From NCBI GenBank assembly GCA_951406725.2, contig OX597815.1, forward strand, positions 31,744,001 through 31,808,000: a stretch of 64,000 nt of DNA. The letters are read 5' to 3'. Source of the stretch: Octopus vulgaris. Its lineage: Eukaryota. Shown here piece after piece: positions 58,156 to 64,000 of the stretch (positions within the stretch are counted from its first letter, which is position 1; each line of letters begins with the position of its first letter). The notes below the pieces were generated by a model. It searched no databases. It worked only from the letters and a program-made list of their open reading frames with translations, and had not been told where the DNA came from. The translations under genes and the position numbers were made by a program.

Positions 58156-58466
58156 AAGGTGCATGGCTAAGTGGTTAAGGGTATATGGCTCAAAAGGTCA
58201 TGAGTTCAAATCCCAGCAGTGCATTTTGTCCTTGAGCAAGACGTTTAACTTCATGTTGCTCAAGTTCACTCAGCTGACAAAAATCACTAGTAATTCAAAT
58301 AGCCAGCCTTATCACATTCTATGTCATGCTGAATCTCTCTGAGAACATTGTTAAGGGTACGTGTGTCTGTGGAGAGCTCAGCCACTTGCACGTTAATTTC
58401 ATGAGCAGGCCGTTCCATTGATCAGATCAACCGGAACTTTCATCATTAAAACCGACAGAGTGCCAG
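58156..58466 (+). mobile_element. tRNA-derived CORE/V-like SINE
   Basis: tggctaagtggttaagg A-box-like and gagttcaaatccc B-box-like motifs, then gtccttgagcaagac. Confidence 0.7.
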
Positions 58467-58994
58467 ATTTCTTTGTTCGTGTGGGCTCCAAGAGAGTTTA
58501 TTAAGGTAGATTTTCTATGACTGGATATCCTACCTGTCACCAAGCCTCACCTGTTTCCAAGCAAGGTGATATTTCTCCATAGCCAGGCAAGTTTTTGCAG
58601 AATATTGGAAATGAATGACATGGTGGTGCCCCAGTATGGCCAAAGCTCGTTAGCTGAAACTAGATAAAATATATAAAATATATAAAAATATATATTGATA
58701 AATTGCTAGTATGATAGTAACACTCATTTACAACTAGCTCATGATGTCAAGACAAGGAAACATACATACAGACACACACACACACACAAACACACACATT
58801 AAAAGGAAGTTTGACAAAGGAACAAATGGAAAATTCACATACAAGACATGAACACGCTCTTCCTTCGTCAGTTATCATCCAAAAATCATTACAATTTCAC
58901 ACCAACTCTAAATGATAATATTGTTCCCTTTTGGTGGCATCAACAGTAAACAACTTCTGTGTATAGCAAACAAACATTGAGGACAGTGACGTAA

Positions 58995-59350
58995 ACAAAC
59001 ACAACACATACAAACACACATATATATGCACACAAACACACACACATATCACATACATACATGCATGCACACATACGCATACATACATACATACATACAT
59101 ACATACGTACATACATGCATACATACATGCATGCATACATGCATGCATACATACATGCATACATACACATACACACACATACATACAATCATACATACAT
59201 ACATACACACATACATACATACATACATACATACATACACACAATACACACATACATACATACATACATACATACACACACACATACACACACACATACA
59301 TACATACACACATACATACACACACACATACATACATACATACATACATA
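58995..59350. repeat. (CATA/CA)n microsatellite
   Basis: Directly visible. Confidence 0.95.
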
Positions 59351-60154
59351 ATCCCTCACTTGAAAGCAGATGGCTAGCAACAGGAAGGACATCAGGCTTT
59401 GAAAAGCCCTGCTTCAATGCATTTCATCTAACCCATGCTAGCATGGGAAAACGGACGTAAAATGAACAAAAAGCAATGAATGAATATCGTTTGAACTGAT
59501 AGAATGTTTAATTCTTTTATTTGACATCATGCGGAAATGGAATCATTATTAGTGTTTCTGTTGCTTTTATTGTTGTTGGTGGTGTTGCTTCCACTGTTGT
59601 CCTTGTTGTTGCTACTACTGTTGGACATGATACTTGTCTGGGAAAAGTTACAAGACAATGCCTACTGTGCATGTCTGTAGCACCTTTAAAATTTCCCCAA
59701 ATTACTTACGTCTGACTTGGTCTTAACCTTATTCAGGGCAACCAATCCATACACAACCACCTGGGAGTGTATGTATGCATAATTCTACATGTGTGTGTGT
59801 GTGTATATGTAAGAAAGTAAGGTGGAGTGCATAATTGTATGTGTGTATAAGTAGTATGCGTGTTAAACAGTTATGTCTATGCGTGTGCATGGTGTGTGTG
59901 GTAACTGATTTTGTAAAATGTCATAGGGAAAAAATAGTGCCCAGAAGTCATGAAACTGTCAGTGACAAACATTAATGGCTTGTGTTTGTTGTGCTGTTGT
60001 TGTCATTGTTATCGTTGATGATGATGGTGAGGAAGAGGAAGGGAGAGGGAAGAAGAAGAAGAGGAGAGGAGGAGAAAGTGGAAGTGGATGGTTATAAGGA
60101 TGGCAGCCATGGTGCTTGTGATGTGTTTGGTAAGCATTACAATGATGCCTTTCA

Positions 60155-60301
60155 GCCGAGGTCGACTTTGCCTTTCGTCCTTTCGGGGGTCGATAAATTA
60201 AGTACCAGTTACGCACTGGGGTCGATGTAATCGACTTAATCCGTTTGTCTGTCCTTGTTTGTCCTCTCTGTGTTTAGCCCCTTGTGGGTAGTAAAGAAAT
60301 A
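60155..60301 (+). mobile_element. SINE family A, 5'-truncated, tail A1; a separate A2 tail follows at 60318-60385
   Basis: Near identical to the 3' part of 23878-24109. Confidence 0.9.
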
Positions 60302-60404
60302 GATATTTCTAAAGGATGAGGTCAATCTAATCAATTGGCCCCTTTCCCCCAAATTTCAGGCCTTGTGCCTAGAGTAGAAAGGAATATTCTAAGGAATACC
60401 TTTT

Positions 60405-60805
60405 TTATCTCTTTTGTTTCAATCATTAGACTGTGGCCATGCTGGGGCATTGCCTTGAATTTTAGTCAAATGAATCAACCATATTACTTATTTATTTATT
60501 GTTTTAGGCCAGGTACTTATCCTATTGGTCTCTTTTACCAAACCACTAAGTTACAGGGACGTAAACACACCAACACTGGTTGTCAAGCGGTGGTGGGGGA
60601 CAAACGCAGACACAAAGACACACACAAAGATATTTATACAACCAGCTTCATCCAGTTTCCATCTAACAAATCCACTCACAAGGTTTTGGTCAGCCTGAGG
60701 CTAGGCTATAGTAGAAGACACTTTCCCATGGCGCAATGGAGTAGGACTGAACCCGGAGCCATATAGTTGGGAAGCAAACTGCTTACCACACAGTCACACC
60801 TACAC
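60405..60805 (-). mobile_element. SINE family B, full length, moderately diverged
   Basis: Aligns with 19561-19940. Confidence 0.85.
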
Positions 60806-61358
60806 CGTTCAGTTCAAAGTCTCTCTTGACCAGAAATGGCCTGAACTCTTTGCATGAACACCACCCTGTACATAACTCCATGTCCCCCTACATGGCCTTG
60901 CTTTTTGCTTTTTGAGCCAAAAAATTAACTTAACTTAACACCTATAGAGACTCCTACAAAATTCTACAGAGAAGTTAAACTTCACACTTAAACAATCTTC
61001 CAGAAAGACAAGTTCTGAAGAATTTCAGATTATAGGAAAGGTTCCAGAGTGATTCTTTAGAAATTCTGGGTTAATTTCAGTGAGTTTCACGAGAGAATTT
61101 TAATACTGTCTGAATTATTTTATTCTGAGAAGTCACCTGATAAAACTAAGCATTAACATTATTTTATTTTTGGTTATGATTGTCAAAGATAGAGAGAGTA
61201 TATGATGAAGTCAAGAGGAGAAGGAAATCTATGAAATATTTCTATCTATCATATTTTATTTGAGTGTACATGTATACATCTGTTTGACTCGTATGTTTGT
61301 ATGTATATATGATTCTATTTATCTATCTATCTACACATGTATGTAAGTATATACATAC

Positions 61359-61408
<50 letters not shown>

Positions 61409-61420
61409 ATGTATGTGTAT

Positions 61421-61452
<32 letters not shown>

Positions 61453-62398
61453 CTATTTATATATATATACATATATATATGTATATGAAGACAGGTAATG
61501 ATAAGGATTATAAGCTCAGTACAATCACCATCAACTCATTTCGCCCATCTTTGCTATCATCATCCTTCATTTCTCCACCCATTTGCAAGGTTCCACTTTC
61601 CTTATCATCTCAATTTTACTCACATCTTCCACTGTATCATCCTCATCACATCACCATCTTAACCACCACCCCACCCTACTGCATAGTTCCACTCTTCCTC
61701 CTCCTCTCCTCCATCTTCTTTTAATGACTTCTCGTCTTCTTTTTCTACATCTTTATTTCATTTTATTTTTATTTTGTGGTGGGTTGGACAGGTTTGCAAT
61801 ATAATCCTCCCTATTTACTAACATTACCCGAAAGAAGAGAGGAGAAATGCAGCATCAAATAATAATAATGATAATAATAATGATAATAATAATAATGATA
61901 AAAATAATAATAATAATAATAATAATAATGATAACAATATTAATTATAATAACAACAAATAAATCAAAAATAAAAAGATAGTCAAGAAATAAATATAAAA
62001 CCCCGAAAATAACTCCCACCTAATCTTGGTTAATTGATAAGTTTGTTGTTGTTGTGTTTATGTTACGAAAGTGCATGAGGAATGAGAGATATGCATACGC
62101 ATGTGTTTGTGTGTATGTGTGTGTGTGTATGTGTATGTTTATGCGTGCATATATGTATGCATGAGTATTAGTATATTTGTGTATTGTGACATGGAATATC
62201 TGTATATGTGAGTGTACATGTATATCTATATGTATGCATGTTTGTACATGTGTATGTGTGTGAGTATGTATATCTGTATATATACATGTGTATATAGAAG
62301 TTTATGTATGTGTTTGTGTATATAAACATGAATGTCTGTACATAAATTTATATATATATAGTGCGTGGCATATGGGTGGAATCAATATATATACACAC

Positions 62399-62473
<75 letters not shown>

Positions 62474-62989
62474 TGTATCTGAAATAGAGGTGAGAAAAGA
62501 GAGGAGGTGTTACAAGCTTATTTACAACCACTTTCCAAGAATTTTGGATAAACAGACAGCACAGCAGAACTAGCAGAACCAAAATCTCTTTAACACCCCT
62601 AACTAAATGATAAGGCAATATAGCCCACTCTACTCCACTTTCATTAAATGCTACCGATACCCACCCTATCATATCTCACCTAATTTTTATGGAGGTGCTA
62701 TGGGCTAATGTGGAGTGGCAGAGTGTAGCTTAGTACAGCTGGGGAAAGTGAAAGTAATCTCCTATTTTCTTCATTAGCAATGAGCTGACAACAGGGTAGG
62801 CTTTATCTAAAAATTGCGGGATGTATTAGTGGATTACCATGGGTGGAATCAATAGAGGCTTAAGGCATGGGCACACTGGGCAGTTGCCCAGAGCACTCAT
62901 GGGTCTAGGGGCCCAATTCTGATGAAGGAAAGCTGTGGCTTTCTGTCAATAAATACAGGGTGAGCCAAAAGACATGCACAAAATCATTT

Positions 62990-63560
62990 CACTTTTCATT
63001 TATATGACATTTTGGGGTTGATTAAAATAGGTACCAGTTGAGTACTGGGGTTGATGTAATCAACTAACCCCACCTTTCCTGAAATTGCTGGATTTGTGCC
63101 AAAATTTGAAATTATTATTATCACCAATATTAAGGTGGTAAGCTGGCAGAGTCATTACTGTATCAGGCAAAATACTCAGCAGCATTTTTTCCGTCTTTAT
63201 GTTCTGAGTTCAAATTCTGCTGAGGTTGACTTTACCTTTCATCTTTTTGGGATCAATAAAATAAGTACCAGTTCAACACTGGGGTCGATGCACCTCAGGA
63301 TGCTGGCCTTGTGGCAAAATTTGAAACCATTATTATTATTAAGGTGGCGAGCTGGCAGAATCATTTGCATGCTGAATGAAATGCTTAGCAGTATTTCACT
63401 CATCACTACATTCTGAGTTCAAATTCCATCGAGGTCAGTTTTACCTTTCATCCTTTTGGGGTCAATAAATTAATTATCACTGAAATACTGGGGTCAATGT
63501 ATTCAACTAATCCCCTCTCCAAAAATTTCGGGCCTCGTACCTATAATAGAAAGAATTATT
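62990..63560 (+). mobile_element. Head-to-tail array of three SINE A copies (tails A3, A3, A2)
   Basis: Heads aaggtgg..agctggcaga near 63132 and 63341, each just after the preceding copy's caaaatttgaaa tail and AT-rich end. Confidence 0.85.
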
Positions 63561-63851
63561 GTGGCATGTAAAAAGCACCATCTAAACATGGCCTATGCCA
63601 GCACTGCCTTGACTGGCTTCTGTGCCGGTGGCATGTAAAAAGCACCAACCGATTGTGGCCACTGCCAGTCTCCCCTGGCACCTGTGCTGGTGGCACATAA
63701 AAAGCACCCACTACACTCATGGAGTGGTTGGCATTAGAAACACTGCCAGATCAGACTGGAGCCTGGTGCAGCCTCCTGGCTTCCCAGACCCTGGTCGATC
63801 CATCCAACCCATGCTAGCATGGAAAATAGTCACTAAATGATGATGATGATG

Positions 63852-63852
<1 letters not shown>
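63561..63852 (+). mobile_element. SINE family C with ~2.5 internal repeat units
   Basis: gtggca(c/t)(g/a)taaaaagcacc occurs three times; tail aacccatgctagcatggaaaa..(gat)n. Confidence 0.85.
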
Positions 63853-63922
<70 letters not shown>

Positions 63923-64000
63923 TTTTGTTCATGTTCAAGTACATATGTATTCATAATCATTTCATCCTACTTAATTCAATTTTAGAAAAGCTGAAGCATG

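Noticed and set aside
58800-58880. Minus-strand CUGACGAAGG in an island after a CA repeat
   Set aside because: No stem II or GAAA follows; at most a deleted remnant.
59711-59761. Possible 51-nt minus-strand exon (VVVYGLVALNKVKTKSD) between CAG and GTAAGT
   Set aside because: Poor pyrimidine tract, no recognisable protein motif and no partner exons; not supportable without RNA data.
62929-62945. CTGATGA followed by a gaaagc/gctttc hairpin
   Set aside because: No GAAA..NUH half of the hammerhead core.
62850-62980. hAT-like end (62850-62915) and mariner-like end tacagggtgagccaaaa (62955); also tacaaaggtggaaatgaaatt at 11398
   Set aside because: Single unpaired termini; no matching opposite TIR found in the window.

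Overview
AT-rich eukaryotic non-coding DNA (intron or intergenic), packed with (TA)n/(CA)n/(TATG)n/(CAT)n/(AAT)n microsatellites and tRNA-derived SINEs. The repeat landscape suggests an octopus (coleoid cephalopod) genome; this is inference. No host protein-coding exon can be supported. The long ORFs in the track are microsatellite translations. The only recognisable protein remnants are two CR1-group LINE ORF2 fragments (34184-34228, 52623-52876). Recurring elements are SINE family A (tRNA-like head, conserved body, three alternative tails), family B (tRNA-like head, CR1-type tail), family C ((GAT)n tail, probably RTE-type, with an internal ~64-bp repeat), other CORE/V-like SINEs, and piggyBac- and hAT-like MITEs. 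Family letters are my own labels. Best signals: (1) several Penelope-like remnants in TA/CA microsatellites carrying minimal type I hammerhead ribozyme motifs, including a U3-A8 covariant core (7774-7815) and a long-stem-II form (8389-8478); (2) a 3' hairpin with compensatory changes shared by the CR1 LINE, SINE B and two short stubs; (3) modular head/tail swapping among SINEs; (4) a candidate recursive splice site. Boundaries of decayed repeats are approximate and were read by eye.
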